Below are positions 1 to 13,735 of a stretch of DNA of 64,000 nt, in pieces; positions within the stretch are counted from its first letter, which is position 1, and each line of letters begins with the position of its first letter. A program made the position numbers and the translations under genes. The notes beneath the pieces were generated by a model. It worked only from the letters and a program-made list of their open reading frames with translations. It was not told the DNA's origin and searched no databases. This stretch comes from Basidiobolus meristosporus CBS 931.73. Lineage: Eukaryota > Fungi > Basidiobolomycota. Location of the stretch: NCBI GenBank assembly GCA_002104905.1, contig MCFE01000130.1, positions 1 through 64,000 of the forward strand, given 5' to 3'.

Positions 1-828
1 TTATGTACTCTTTGATCAAAGCAGTCAAACGCACATGAGCAATTGTGTCTCTGCTATGTAACATCCACCACAAGTGTTTAAATAGAATAGAAGCTTACCT
101 ACCTTAGCAATTCTTGTACATGGTAAGCTGTTTATTTCCTATGGTTCGAGTTTTTTTGCCCCTGCCAACTTAATACATTGCGTCAATACTTCCTGTCCAC
201 ACCATTCTATTCATGTAACTTCCCAAATCACCTCAACTAGCGGACGAAGCTCAGGCTGGAGTGACGAATATGTGGGAATATCAACTTGAAATAAATTCAC
301 TCTTGTCTAGAATCGTTTGAGTTATATGGAGAGACCCGCCACTCAGCGTGTAGCACTCTGCCCGAGCAGAGATTCATCTGGAGGGTCCAAGCAGCTTCGC
401 ATCATTGCAACTTTTCAATCGTAAAGCGTAGTAAGATCGCAATCATGTTGGCCAACCCAACCAGCCTTGTCCACAACGCGACAAAGCGCTTACTATCAGA
501 GAGGAGCAATTTATTAATCTGAGACAGTTGGCCACAAGTCTCAAAAGTGCAGCATTACGAACAAGCAATGTCTCCAACCGTAACACACGTCAGACTCAAC
601 ATGGTAGGTTGGGAATGGGCAAACCGTGGTTATTCTTAGAAATAGGCCTCGTACAGAATGCAGAGAAAACTTAGGACCGAGCTGCATGGAAGTGGAAAGA
701 AAATGATGGTAGTTGAACATACTTGGAACGAATGTGGGAATAATTGAGGATGATACATTTGGAATACAACTTCTATCTGGTGACGGAGGGATCTGGTGTT
801 TGCAACTTGTGTTTCCTTCAACTTGCCC

Positions 829-2011
829 TTAGTCCAAGTAAAGTCTGCTATCGTAAATGTAATCGATCACAGCATTTGGTAATAAATACTTGATTGACAT
901 CCGACGTTTGACATACAGTCTAAAGACTTGTTAGAAAGGCATTGTAGTGAATTATGATATCGCTTGTTCTTACCTGATTTTGGTTGAACTGATATCGTTA
1001 TGAATCAATTGCTTGACGACAAAGACGTTTCGCTACAAGAATCAGATACAGGTTGCTAAGCGATAGGTGCTTGATTTAGCTCGACTCACGAAATACTCAC
1101 GCGGTGCTGATGAAGGATATCATGCGAAAGTAAAAATCCCCACACGTCAGTTCCGGTGCGTTCGATCAGGTAACAGCCATAGTCGCCCAAAATATGATCC
1201 AGCTAGTGAGAGTAATGCCACGTTAGTGCAAGAATCAACAAATGCAAGGGAATGCTTGCATGGATACTTACATCGTCAGACTCCCACTCGCTGGGATCTC
1301 CAAAAGACTTTATTAAATCGCCTCCAGCCAGAAGCATGATTCGGATGGGCTTTACCTCTCCTACCAAGGAAACACAATTAAATAAAGACTTCATGTACAG
1401 ACGCACATTAAACCGCCAACCACTCGAGACGCGGATCCCACCCTCGGAGCCGTTCAACTCCGCATCAAAATGGTCCAGAACCACAGCAGTTCTTTGAAAG
1501 CTAGGATTCAATGCCTCCCAAGGGTCGACCATCAACCAATCTGAAGTGGTTTCAACAGCGCGCTCGCACATACGAACCCGATGTATGGCTGGGACTAGGC
1601 CATCTTTTCCATAATTATCGTTCACTGGAGAGAAGTAACCACCGATAAGCTCGAATTTTTCATTCTCCACTATATGGTCTTTGGCCATCTCTTATGGACA
1701 CAAAATACACGCGAAAGAGGAAATACAACGTATCTTTAGTCGAGGAGTTATCCGACCAAAGATATGCACGCTTGCTTACCGAACATGCGTAAATGAAGGT
1801 ACGTGATCGGAGAGAAAGACCCGCACGCGACTAGGACCAAAGGGATCTTTGTCTCATCTACATAAGAGTGAATAGCTGGTGAGTACTATGGTACAAGCTC
1901 AGTGCTAGGTCATTTGCTCACTTCGAACTCACCCTTTAATGAGGTCGCTAGTCTATGTCTGGGGAAAGAGTAACCACGAGGTGCTGTAAGATTCCGGGAA
2001 TTGGAAGTCAT
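829..2011 (-). CDS. NMA1: Nicotinamide/nicotinate mononucleotide adenylyltransferase, multi-exon
   Basis: Spliced exons give MTSNSRN...[32 protein letters not shown]...GGYFSPVNDNYGKDGL...LLAGGDLIKSF...RNVFVVKQLIHNDISSTKIRLYVKRRMSIKYLLPNAVIDYI...*. The GSFSPIT-H and ISST motifs are NMNAT hallmarks; introns are GT-AG. Confidence 0.95.
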
Positions 2012-3002
2012 GTGCGGATAAGTCAACACTTTGAAAGAAAGTCCTAACCCTAGGAAATAGTTGTTTATATTTTATACGGAAGGGAGATAGTAATTTACCA
2101 AGTGAAAACGCTATCTGTGCTTAATAAGCGACCGAAAAAATTCCACTTTTCTCCGTGTGAGAAGTTGGGGATAAATCAACTCACTCAGGTCAGGGTTAGG
2201 AAAAGCCAGTGGTTTGATGCCACTCGAAATTCCCGAACGATCGTCAGTTGATCCGATTTACCATAAAGTTAGAACGATCCTGCAGTAGGGTTAGGGCTTT
2301 CCCAAGTGAAACATCCATATTCGCCATGGCAGTCATGATTCGTGGCCATAAACACATGACAGCCATCATGATTAATCATGGAATTTCCTTTCTCCATATC
2401 GCATTTCGGATAGATTGTGGTTACTTCGAGGTCTGAATGGTTTGTGGCGGAAATCGGGACATATCATGTGACCTGTAGTCTGTGATGAGAGGTGGAAATT
2501 GCCCGCATTTTAGAGGCATTCATAGATTAGGCCGCCATTGGGTTAATATTGCGAGAATAGAACCATGGGCGTCGTGATCTCTACACTGGTTGATGCATTT
2601 TGGGCGCGAACGTTATGTCTTAGCTGCTTACTGTTAGGGGATGAGTTGTCGTAGAGTCCGCTCCATCCATGTGTGTAGTTCCTGGGGATGGAACTTGATA
2701 AATCTCGTGCACCGTATGTAGATCACATTGCCACTTCTCCAACATACTCTACGGTAGGTGGGGGGGGGTGTTGTGAACACTTGATTTTATTTCAAAGAAC
2801 CAACGGAAATTTAAGTGCCTGTGTTGGACTTGCGTGAGGTCGTCTAAATGCACAGGATAGAATCGAATAAAAAATGGGGGTTTAGTGGACTAGGGATGGC
2901 AGCTACCATCGAAGTAACTAATTAAAGGTGCAATTCGTGAGCAGTGCGGTTGGATATCGTAGATAAAAAGTATTACAAAAGTATTGGCAAGTACACCAAA
3001 AC

Positions 3003-4707
3003 TTAAAAGTGTTCACGGTCTAGCTCAGGCTCACCGGAGCCTTCGCCAAGATCCATCGGGCTATGCTCAGAGGGAGATATATCATTAGTTCTATTGGTGT
3101 GCCCATTTTGTGACCAATCTTGATCAAAATCCATCCCATTCTCTACCAGAGTTATGTTGGAGGAGTTGTTCACTCCCAGAACGGCTCCAGGCTCAGGTGG
3201 CGATATCGTACCATCAGGATTGAAAATGCTTCCGGTTACCAACTCTGTTTCTGCTCCATCTCTCAGGATCTTGATTGTCTTAGTGTTGTAAGACTTGCAA
3301 CTCACGCATTTATGGTACAAGAAGTGATACTTGGCCACGCTCTTTTTTTCACAGTCATTGCACAGTATGATAGAGCGATAGTTGTCGTATTGTGGTGGCA
3401 TCTGCTGTGACTCCATCAACGCGTCTAGGCTTCGAAAGTACTGTGTCATATCTGCCAGCGATTTCAGACAAGTGGGGCATTGGTATGAGGTGCGAACATA
3501 CCTACGATGACACATGTAGTGTATACAATGACCACAGGGCTTTGTTGTTTACGTACCGAGTCAGTTGATGTGATGAGGAGTCAATGCCTATATGAATCAG
3601 CATACCATGAAGATCACCGTCGTGGTCGATGTAAACATATACTCTCCACAAATAGGACAGTCACTTTCTAGATTCCTCTCTATGCATTTGTGCCGGTTTT
3701 TAAGGGTAATGGCCATACATACATTGCATTTTTTGCAATGGAAATAATCTTTGTCTAGTCCCTGTCCAACTCTACAAATCCCACAGTCCGGGCAGTGGTA
3801 AATACTCTTATTTGGCGTATCGTCCCATAACACACATTCCGGGCAGAAGTAGCGCGCCATCTCTCTACCACAACGCTCATTAACACAGTGCTGGGCAGCC
3901 GGTTGTATCGTTTGGCAATACATACACATCATCGTCTTCGTTTCCTTTCTGAGTAAGGCGCATCAGCGATGAATTCTATCACGGCTTAGCTTACAGCAAA
4001 GGAGATACCTGATAATTTGATGATCAGACGCATCATTGTGGCAGAACCTACACGTAAACCAGCCGCCGCAACAATTGGCCCGTAGTTTGTTGTTTCTTCG
4101 GTAATGTTTGCATCCCAATATACCATTTTCTTGGTCCTAAATCGTTTTCATATCAAGAGGCGTGTCAGTAACGAGGATCTCTGGTTCTTCAGGAAGCCGA
4201 CTGAAAATCCAAAAAATACTTGCATAGTAGGTGACTTTTAACTCCTCTTCTGATAAATCGTCGGTCATTTTTTTAGGAATTCCTGTGGGCTGCTTTTTCT
4301 TCCAATCGGAAGTCATCAATTCCTATCAAGTAAGATATCGAAGGTCAAATAGGGAGGTTGAGTTTTAAGCACCAGTAATATAATCGAAAACAGGATGCAA
4401 AGGCATATTTGAGTCTTGCTGTACCATTTGCAGAGAATGAGCCTGTGTACAAACGAATGCAAATAAATGGTACCTGAATCCTTCTGGCTTTGAGAGCAGC
4501 AGGGATGTTTGGATCTTTGGAAATCTCCATTATCTGCTTGCGTAGCTCTTGTTGTTTAGCTATATCAACCTTGGTGGCGCTTTCTCCTGTTTGTGTATCG
4601 TCATTATCGGTACCAAACTCGTCCGATAGCCCGTCAAACTCATCAGAATCTGATAGCATTGGGCCACTTCCCTGGTCAAAGGTTACGGTGTTTTCGTTGC
4701 TTGCCAT
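3003..4707 (-). CDS. CHY-zinc-finger/RING/zinc-ribbon E3 ligase (RCHY1/Pirh2-like), multi-exon
   Basis: Exons encode LGCKHYRRNNKLRANCCGGWFTCRFCH (CHY), CPDCGICRVGQGLDKDYFHCKKCNVC, CPICGEYM (RING) and CNDCEKKS...FHFLYHKCVSCKSYNT-like C-terminal zinc ribbon. Confidence 0.9.
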
Positions 4708-5579
4708 ATTCGAGGTTATAGGAAAGGTGCTATATCTATGGCTCTCGAAAATTTATTCCAGCTCGACAATATACTGGTCAGAGGAAGGTTGGATGGATAT
4801 CTGAACACCAGCGTACCGTAGTTAAATATACGTATATGAATATAATCGTGTATTGATCACTAAATGCTTTACTCCATCATTTTCAGCTGAACTAACGCTT
4901 GGGTTATCACATGATTTTCCAAGTGGAAACAAACCATCGCCTTCATTTTGGTGATGCACTTGGTTTGCCTACCTCCTGATTAGGATATGTTTCGGAGAAT
5001 AGAATATTTTAGTTTTAAACATCAAAAGTGATATATATGATATGCAGTAGCACAATCAGGATAGCTGTACTCATCAGCATATTACTGGAGTAGCAATTTG
5101 CTGAGAGGTTCGGCGAACACACATCATCCGCACTCTCACTGATGCCAATGGGACTCACTAGCAATTTTGATTTGGTGGCAGTTCATCAATCGTTACCGAT
5201 ACAGCAGATGAAGGAGTGCCCATTGGAAGGGAAGCCTCTTATGCAACCAGAGGATTTGTCAACTGGAAGAAAAATCACAGCTCAGCAAAATTTCATTGCA
5301 TCACAGTCTCCATCCTTGTCTTATCAGTTCATTTATGAAGTTTGGTGAGTGGAAAAGGTAATGCGGATCAAGCAAAGCTATATATGCATTTATGATGAAA
5401 AACTAATCAAGTCACATGAATTCAATCAATCCTAATCGATATAAACGTAAATTGGCGCGTGCTTCTCCTAAAAAAATCGGCTTGCGTGACGAGCCTAGCC
5501 AGTACGTTTGAGAAGAGATTTAGCTTGGGGGCTAAGATTCTGACATTAGGCGAGCACAAGCAAGTGAATCCCGTCAGGC

Positions 5580-8500
5580 CTAGTCAGTATCCATGGTGAC
5601 ATTGTTCGCAAATTCGCTTTGAATCAATCTCACAATCTCGTTATAGAATCCTAGAAGATTATGCTGCGCGATGTGTTGGTCCAGTTGACGGTTTTCTGAT
5701 TGATAGTCCTGAATTAGCATATTAATCTGATGGTCTAGCATGTTGATGAACCTAGTTATCACATCCTCCTTGGATGTGTGGAAGTGTGTTTCAGCGGGTT
5801 GTAGATACATATTCACCGGGAAGTCTAGGAATAGAGTTAGCTGCATATAGCACACATCGATCCACCTGGATCTACTTACCACCATCATGGGCAGCGGCAA
5901 GTGTGCAATATATCGCCGTGTCCTTCAAGGCAGCAAGTAGCTCTTCGTCACCAGCATGGGCTGAAAGCTTATAGATGTAGTCCCAGCTGTAGACGGGCAT
6001 TAATAAAAAACCAAATCAGTAGCATGCGAATTACGAATACCTGTCACGGAGTATGACTCTTCTCCAGATAGTGCGTAGGACATATTCCATTCTATCCTCA
6101 GGAATGTCCTTGGCCCTCCTGTACACCCCGAGTGCGATTCTGTAATTGTCAACTTGATTTTCCAGGTTCTGTGGTAAGGTTAGAGCATCGATCAGCGACT
6201 CCGAGTCTAAAACCTGACCGTCCAGGATGCCTTTGACTACTTGACGATAAAGGTCCTCCATTGCAGGTCTAACTTTATATAGCTCTCCGGTATTGATGGC
6301 AGAGATGTATGCAGCCTGGTCGTTCCCTTTGTGTGATAAATTCTCTATGGTATCTATGATGGCTTGGTACGACTCACGAAGGACTTCATGAACAGTAACA
6401 AGGTCTAGCGTATCATCCATGCCTGAATTAGCAGAAGATTTAGTGCATTGATTTAAGAAGTTCTAAAAATGATTAGCAAGGATTACGTTCGAGGGTTTCT
6501 TGAACATTTTCCGAATCCAAGCTCGTTGGTTCCACCGTGGCAAGAAAGGAGAGCTTGGCTAAACTGAGCATTGTCTGACAACGAGATCTGGTGAGCATAG
6601 TGATGTGCATGAAGGCTTACTGCTGCGGCTTACCTTCTTCTGTAGATTGTTTTTCTCTCCCTCCGACTCACTAAGAAGTTTATCGGAAGCGTGGGCGTAC
6701 TTTCCGATATGGATGTCATGGAGCCAGGAGATATTTGTGTGTTGACCTTTTTCTAGGAATTTGTCCAGTAATCCACAATAGAAATCTTTCTGGGCCATCA
6801 GTTGATACAGAAGGCCATTTTCCAGATAGTAGGAATACAGCTCGAAAGCAAAGGGCTCTTTAAACTTATTGATGTAGTAGTCGATCCTGGCCTCTGTCTC
6901 CCCTCCAAAGCTGATACTCAGCTGAACCAGCGTTCTGAAATCCTGATAACGTTCCGCTAACTGCAAAGCGTGTTCCCTTCTCTCTAGAGTAACTTTGAAT
7001 CCCACAACGTTAGTGCCCAATACAAGAAGCACAATGGTTACATAGATGCCTACCTAAAGGAAGCGTGACTTTAGAGCGTACAATCCGATATCTTTCCTTT
7101 AAAGAGGCAAGCGCGTGAATGCTGTCCTCGTTCTCAGCATCACTATCACAAAGTTAACCCAAGGCCCAATGCAAAATCGACACCTCCACACTTGAACATA
7201 AGCATACCTGCTGAGAAAATCAATACGCTCGGTGAACACTTGGAACAAGATATCAGCCAATTCACAGAGCTGATCTTTCAGTGAGTTTAGGAGAGCGTCG
7301 GAGGAGTAGGCTTCGGGCGGATTTCTGTCAGCATCTATTTGAAAGCCTCCAGGCCGGCCAGTCTCGAAATATTCTGCATCAAGACTGAACTCTTTAATCA
7401 CTTTCTCGGTATACTGGAACTGAGCATGGATCATGTCGATCAAGGCGTCTTGACATGTCCATGACTCAGTAGTTGCCGGTTGATTTAAATCATACAACTC
7501 TGAGTGCTCCCTTCGATACGCGTACGCAGTTCTGAAGATTTCGAGAAGTATCTTGTTTCCCTCATGAACTACAAGGTACCTCTCACTGCCCTGGCTGAAT
7601 CTTGACCGACGAATAATGTCATTCACATACTGTGGGATAAGACCGATTTCAGACACATGAAGCTTGAAGAATGCCTTCACTGAATCTTGCTGGATGACTC
7701 CTCTATCTTTCATGAAACGTTCAATGGCTTGTGTAAGGAGCACAGCATGTTGTCCGCTGTAGCCGCGGTTCAGCAGTGTATTCTGATAATACCAGAGATT
7801 TACGGCTGAGGTTAGTTTCTCGCAATCCCAACATAATTGGTGTCTTGTCACGGCGGATAATTTATACAAGAGATGGCTACTGTTTATAAATTTGATGATA
7901 TTACCCATGCGATTCAGCCTCTCCTGCAGCTGCACTTTGACTTCCAAGATCTCGGGAATGTACTTCGATTTATATTGTAGAATCTCCCCACTGAGTGCCA
8001 AAGCAGCGCTATCCAGGCCTGTGACGGACTCTTGTGCGAGGTTGAAGGAGAGAGGATTTTCACGGTGACTCCCAAAGAAGACTGCCTGCTCCAACCTGTT
8101 CTTTAATTGGCGGATTTGTGCTTTCGAATCGTGAGATGATGCTATCTCGGCTTTGCCAGTGGGCTCGTGCGATCTCTTTGGATCCAACTTGTCCATATTC
8201 AATGCGACGTCTAAAAATCCGCTGTGAGTGCATAGCGCCAAGATCTTGCAAGTATGCATTTTCCCTCTGCTCCAGATCTTTGACCTATCTGTTCCGAACC
8301 CTATGATGCGGTCGATTGACGGATTTCGCAATGGGATCACCTCCTCAAATCCAGTGCTGAGTAGTGTGGTAGCCACGATGCAATCATTCAACAAGACAAA
8401 TGCACCAGGTCCCCCATCAGTAAGGGCTAGGCGTGGTTTCGAGGTTATCCCTTCGTACAAGGTCGCCCTGTGGTTCAAATATTTTTGACTCGTGAGAACA

Positions 8501-10131
8501 AAATTGCCAGACCCATTGTCGAGCTCAAATGAGAACAATCCAAACGTGGAGACCGCCTCTTGGTCAACCGAAATTGACGTCAGTACGATCACCCCACACT
8601 CGCTACGAACGACAACTAATTCGTTAACTGTCATGCTCACAAATTGACGTATTCATGATTTCAACGGACCTGGAGAATGCGACGTCCAACAAATCCACAA
8701 TCAAATCAGAAGCAGCTTGGAATACCGGTAAGCTCTCTAATGCTTCCGAGATGTCACTCAAAATATCGCGCTCCGAGACATGCTACATCAATACAGTTAG
8801 TCGAATTACACGATTACCCTCTTGAATTAGTAGGACTGACCTTTTCAGGTAGTACTTTCGAGATGATCCATTTCTGCAGGCTCCGACTGGTAAGAACATA
8901 AATGTCTCTGAAGTGAATGAAATTGTTTGTTAAGGTGCGGCCCAGTTTGTTGCAGATCAGTGGCGAGTGTACCTGGAGTGTCTGCCCTCCGAGCTTACAC
9001 CAGCGCAGACGGCCACGATTTCAGAAGTGGTTGCAAGCAACGAAGAGTCATCACTTCCGGTGTATCCAAGCAAAGAGCTCATACGAGCAAAAACACCAAG
9101 AGGGCGGATGAGTGGGGAGTATGATAGCGCCACTTGTCCATTAGTGCTGGTTAACAAGACACGGTATAAATGGGACATACGAGTCCCGTATATTAATCCG
9201 GCGGGCTGAGTTCCAAAAGAAATGAGTTGGTGCTGAGCAGCCGGTTACTGCACGAAAGTACTTACCTCGCAGTTAACCAAGCAAGTACCTTTATCATTTT
9301 CCGCCAGGTATATTCTCATACTCTTGTACTTATGAGGATTTGTTAAACCGTAGGTGATGCTCTCCCAATATCTAAATTCTCCCTTAGGGGTGCTTGCCAA
9401 AATCCCCACCTCTTTTGAGCCTACTATGGGAACAATACTCACAATAGGAAGGTTCTCAAGAATTTCGTTTGTGGATAGATATTGAGTGGCAAAGTTGACT
9501 TCTGGCATTTGAAAGGTATAAATAGTGGGAGATGATTTCTACCAGTGGAAAGGTTTGGTAAAAACAACGAAGTGCAAACAACTAGCAGAATCTGGCTTAC
9601 TTGTTTATAGGACCAAACATAGCAGTCAGTCAAAGTGACAACCAGAGCATAACCAGAGTTGACATCAATCGAGCCGTAAAAACACTCCAATGGACAGCCA
9701 CCAGCTACGTTCGGTCATGGAGAAGGCACACATCATTAACCAAAGGGTATCGAGGCTGCTACTTATTCTAAAAACGTACCAGAGAGTAAACCGGCAATCT
9801 CGGTCGGAAGGGCACTTAAGATGGAGACAGAAAGGCTATCGCTTTGTAGCAAGATATGTGACTGTTTGGGATGCTGCTCTTGTATTGCCGGTTCCGGCGT
9901 AAGTTCCTCGACTTGCCGTGTATGCAAAGACTTTTTGACCACCTGAGTGGTTCTTACTTTAGTTAGTTGGCGATTTTTGGGTAATACTACTGTTTCTCGT
10001 ATGTAACTAGTTGAGGTTTCTTGGACTACACTCTGGTTTAAGGATCGAGAGGTCTTGGGTTGTAGTCTACTCTGCGTTTGAGAAGTGCGAACTGGCTTTC
10101 CTTTTAAAGTTGTGCGCGGTGTTGTGAACAT
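5580..10131 (-). CDS. NUP133: Nucleoporin Nup133, multi-exon
   Basis: A series of same-strand ORFs (9763-10131, 9439-9690, 9245-9508, 7099-8640, 6559-7032, 6031-6420, 5580-5900) is linked by GT-AG introns. It includes GEFRYWESI (N-terminal propeller), LKNRLEQAVFFG..NPLSF and LAERYQDFRTLVQL...YINKFKEPFAFELYSYY...ISWLHDI, typical of fungal Nup133. Confidence 0.85.
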
Positions 10132-10871
10132 TACTTACAACGAAATCACTGTACTGTATAGCACCTGGGATAAAGGGAAAAACGAATCCTCCATGCTGGA
10201 TAGTTTTCTGATTTTTTCATGCAATTAATCATTACAGTGGTGTTTTGTTCCTCCAATGCTTGGATGATAGAGATTGTGTCAATTAGCGTAAAATCGTAGT
10301 CTCCGAAGCGACCAAATATGTAAACAGCCATCCAAAACGGTATATTTGGAAACCACGTGATACTGAACGTAACTATTACGACGTGAACTAGCAAATGATG
10401 GTAACGGAGATGACGAACGCTGGATTATTCTGACCTCAAAGGCAGCAAAAGATGCTTTTCAACCTACCACAGTGGTCGCTGTTGAGCGTGTGAATGAGAA
10501 TATTTCCATGTCAGTTGCTGAAGTAATTAAGAACTTTCAAAATGAATGTGTCATGCTTGTGGTATAATAATATCTAAATAGAAAGCCGATGGTAGTGTAG
10601 CATTTACTGTCTCTGATTCGGAGTACCTAAAAACGTACTTATTGACCAATAAATCTCGAACGTGGAGTAAGGTCCCATCCGGTCACAACTAAGCATTTGC
10701 TCCAGTATTTGAACGGTTTCTTGATACTGATAGTTGTGCATCGTTGAAAGTGAGGCCACACAGGATACGGTTAATACCAACCATAAACTTTATTAAATTG
10801 ATTCCTCAGTGGCTAACAAAGCGAATACTTGATGTTGTTAAGTATAGGCTTAACGTTTCTATATATTCCAC

Positions 10872-13735
10872 TTAATCATAAAGCCTCCAAGATGACACCC
10901 ACTGTCTACCGGCCATCACATTTGCCGGCCCGGTAAAGCCAAAGGCCAGTGGGGCAAAGTAAATGAATACTGCGATGATGACGAAGTAAGCCAGGAAGAA
11001 AATGACATTTTGAACAGATTGCGATTGTCTACGGGTCAGGAAATCCATCAGCAAGCCTGTCATCATGATGGCGAAGTACAACGCGGGGAAGTAATGATGG
11101 ATGTACATGACACGTCCCATAATGTAAAATGGGAAATAATGGAGGAACCATCCCAGGAAGATAATCTTACCGACAGTAGTGAAGCCTTCCCATTCTCCTA
11201 TATAATAGAATGACCCAGTTTTAGTGCTGGCGAGCATTGGTTACCATACATCGACATTACCTGGGTTCCAATCATTATATTTACGCGCCATTCGAATATA
11301 AGAAGCCAATACAACACCAATGAATCCTACCAACGCAAGAGTGCTACTCCACCATACAATAGGGTGGCCAACCAAGAAGAATTTGATAGCATCGTCTGAC
11401 CAGGAGCACATACGAAGGGCAACCGAAAGAATAGGCCATTGATGGGGTTCTGATGCGAGATCATCCTGCTTATCCGCATCTGGTACCAGAGCGTTGTTAG
11501 TGTTCCACATAGCAACATTTAGATGCCAGAAGTCTTTGAAGAATTTGGATCTGAAGTGCTTGGAAGGGGCGAGTTCGACTAGCCAAAGAAGAAGTTAGTC
11601 TGTGTAGACGTAGACGAATCAGCAACTACTTACGGTTTTCATTCCAGTGATTCTCGACGTTCCATAGAAGATTTGGGTTGTTAATATCCCCGTTTCTATC
11701 ACAGGTGACTTCAGATTGCTGGAAACCCCAAGCAGGTAGTGGCACATTGTGTGATTTCAGATAGCACCCAAGAGTGCGATGGCGGAGGCGGAAGCTAGTG
11801 GTCAAAGTTCTAATACGCGAGGTGGATTCTCCAAAGTAGTCATCGATTATCTCGACCTCCCAGTGATCATTGGGATCATTGACCGTATCGTTGCCATAGC
11901 AACTGACTTCCCAATCGGCCTTGGTGATGGGGGCTTTGATCTCATGACTGTGGAGCTTTTTGTTCGTGGATTCATGTACCAGGACCACAGTATCTCCGTC
12001 AGTTACGAACTCTATCTGACCAGAATCTTCATATGTCTCGTGGGCTCTTTTGATGACCCATTCATTGTTCTCGTCTCTGTGGTGGTAGGTTGTGACCTGC
12101 TGTTGTTGCGAGCCCTCGGGAAAGATCTGGACATGCGAATGCAACAGGCCACCGCCATATCCATTGTTTTTCAGCGTGATTTTTGATCCGTAAGCAATTT
12201 CTAGATTGACTCGATTGAATATTGGCTGGTCAACACCAGGGGCTTTCTGGGCTCCTTACCTAATGGCGCTTCATTCAGTGTACTCCCATCAAGACCAGCC
12301 TGGAAAATCGAGTTCATCGTGGCATCTCCAGATCCGCTTCGATTTAAGATGGCAAAATGGATGGCAAAGCAGAACATGTAAATGAGGATTGGGAGCACAA
12401 TGAGGAAGACAATGCGGGCAACCCAATGCTTCAGATAAGTAACCTAAAGGGATGGTCGTGAGTGAGGAACTGCCTTATACTTAGCTAATCTACAATTCAC
12501 GGTTCGTTGTGCCGCATACCTTGGGCATACGGTAGTCTCCGAATTTATCCCACAAATCTTCGACGGTGTACTTTACAGATCAATGGAGCATTAGTCAAAG
12601 TTAAACCAGAGTGACTATAACGCCATCCATATACCAGCCCCACAAGTGCGGTAGCAAAGAATCCAACCCATTTAACACTGAATATAAGGAGCAGTTAAGT
12701 TGTTGAAGCTGGGCTACATGCTGAGTATTTCGCAAAAGTACCTAGATACACAACCAATCGAGATGCCGGTGAAAATAAGCCAGGTCCACCAGCGAGTTGA
12801 GAAAGACCTGAGGCATGCATTTGTTAGAAAAGAAACGTGGTGAAATCATTCCAGTAAACATTCATTACTCATGACGGCAGTTATGGAAGCGAGCCAAGCA
12901 GTAAAGTGTTGTGCAAGTGAAGCACAGAAGCATCGAGTCCAGAAGAATGAATCTACTGATAGCAAGATACGCGATATCTACGAATCCCGATATGGTTAAG
13001 GGATATTCGGCTAGGTTACACAGCTGCATGAGCGATTACCTAGCAACACCATTAATGCAGTTAAGAAGGCCGCTTTCTTGCTAAATTTAAACTCTATTGC
13101 TGTAAGATACGCCAGTGGTACCATAGCAGCACCGAAGAGCGCAGTGAAAGAGCGCATGGCACCGTAATGAAGGTTCTCTGGATATGTCGCACCCGATTCA
13201 AAGTCGAATGATCCATCGTAGCCGGATATAAGTCCACCCAAGGCGACAAGCATCTTCCCTAGGGGAGGATGTACATCGTGATAGAACTCTCTTTTAAGAT
13301 AATAAGAGCCAAACTGAAACGCGTCAGCATAATTTGCAAACTCGACCTCAACTCATCATCATACCTTTCCGAAATGAGCCTAATCATAGTGGTTCAGTTT
13401 AATAAAAACGCTACCAAAAATATGAGTTGGAAACCTACCTCATCCCACACGACCACATTGGACCAAGAAATCATAAACAAACGCGTAAAGAGCGACAGCA
13501 AAGTTAAGAGGACAGCGTTCAGCACGTTGGTATTACGATACCATGCGGCCTGTGTGTAGAAGAATCAAGAGATGGTTAACGTGAGCTTAAGAGTAGATAC
13601 GAGAGGAGGGGGCACCTGAGCGACTTCAATCCGTGGCGGTGGGTGGATCTTCGGTTCCTCCTCATGATCCGAAGTAGAGTCGGTGACTACTGGTTTGGAA
13701 GTAGTCTTGGAGCTGGCGGATTTGCGGTGCTCCAT
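10872..13735 (-). CDS. PMT2: Dolichyl-phosphate-mannose:protein O-mannosyltransferase, PMT2 subfamily, multi-exon
   Basis: Exons give [35 protein letters not shown] domains ([29 protein letters not shown]; [12 protein letters not shown]) and a C-terminal [11 protein letters not shown]. Confidence 0.92.

Noticed and set aside
2185-2297. TTAGGG-like hexamers
   Set aside because: Isolated single copies, not a telomeric array.
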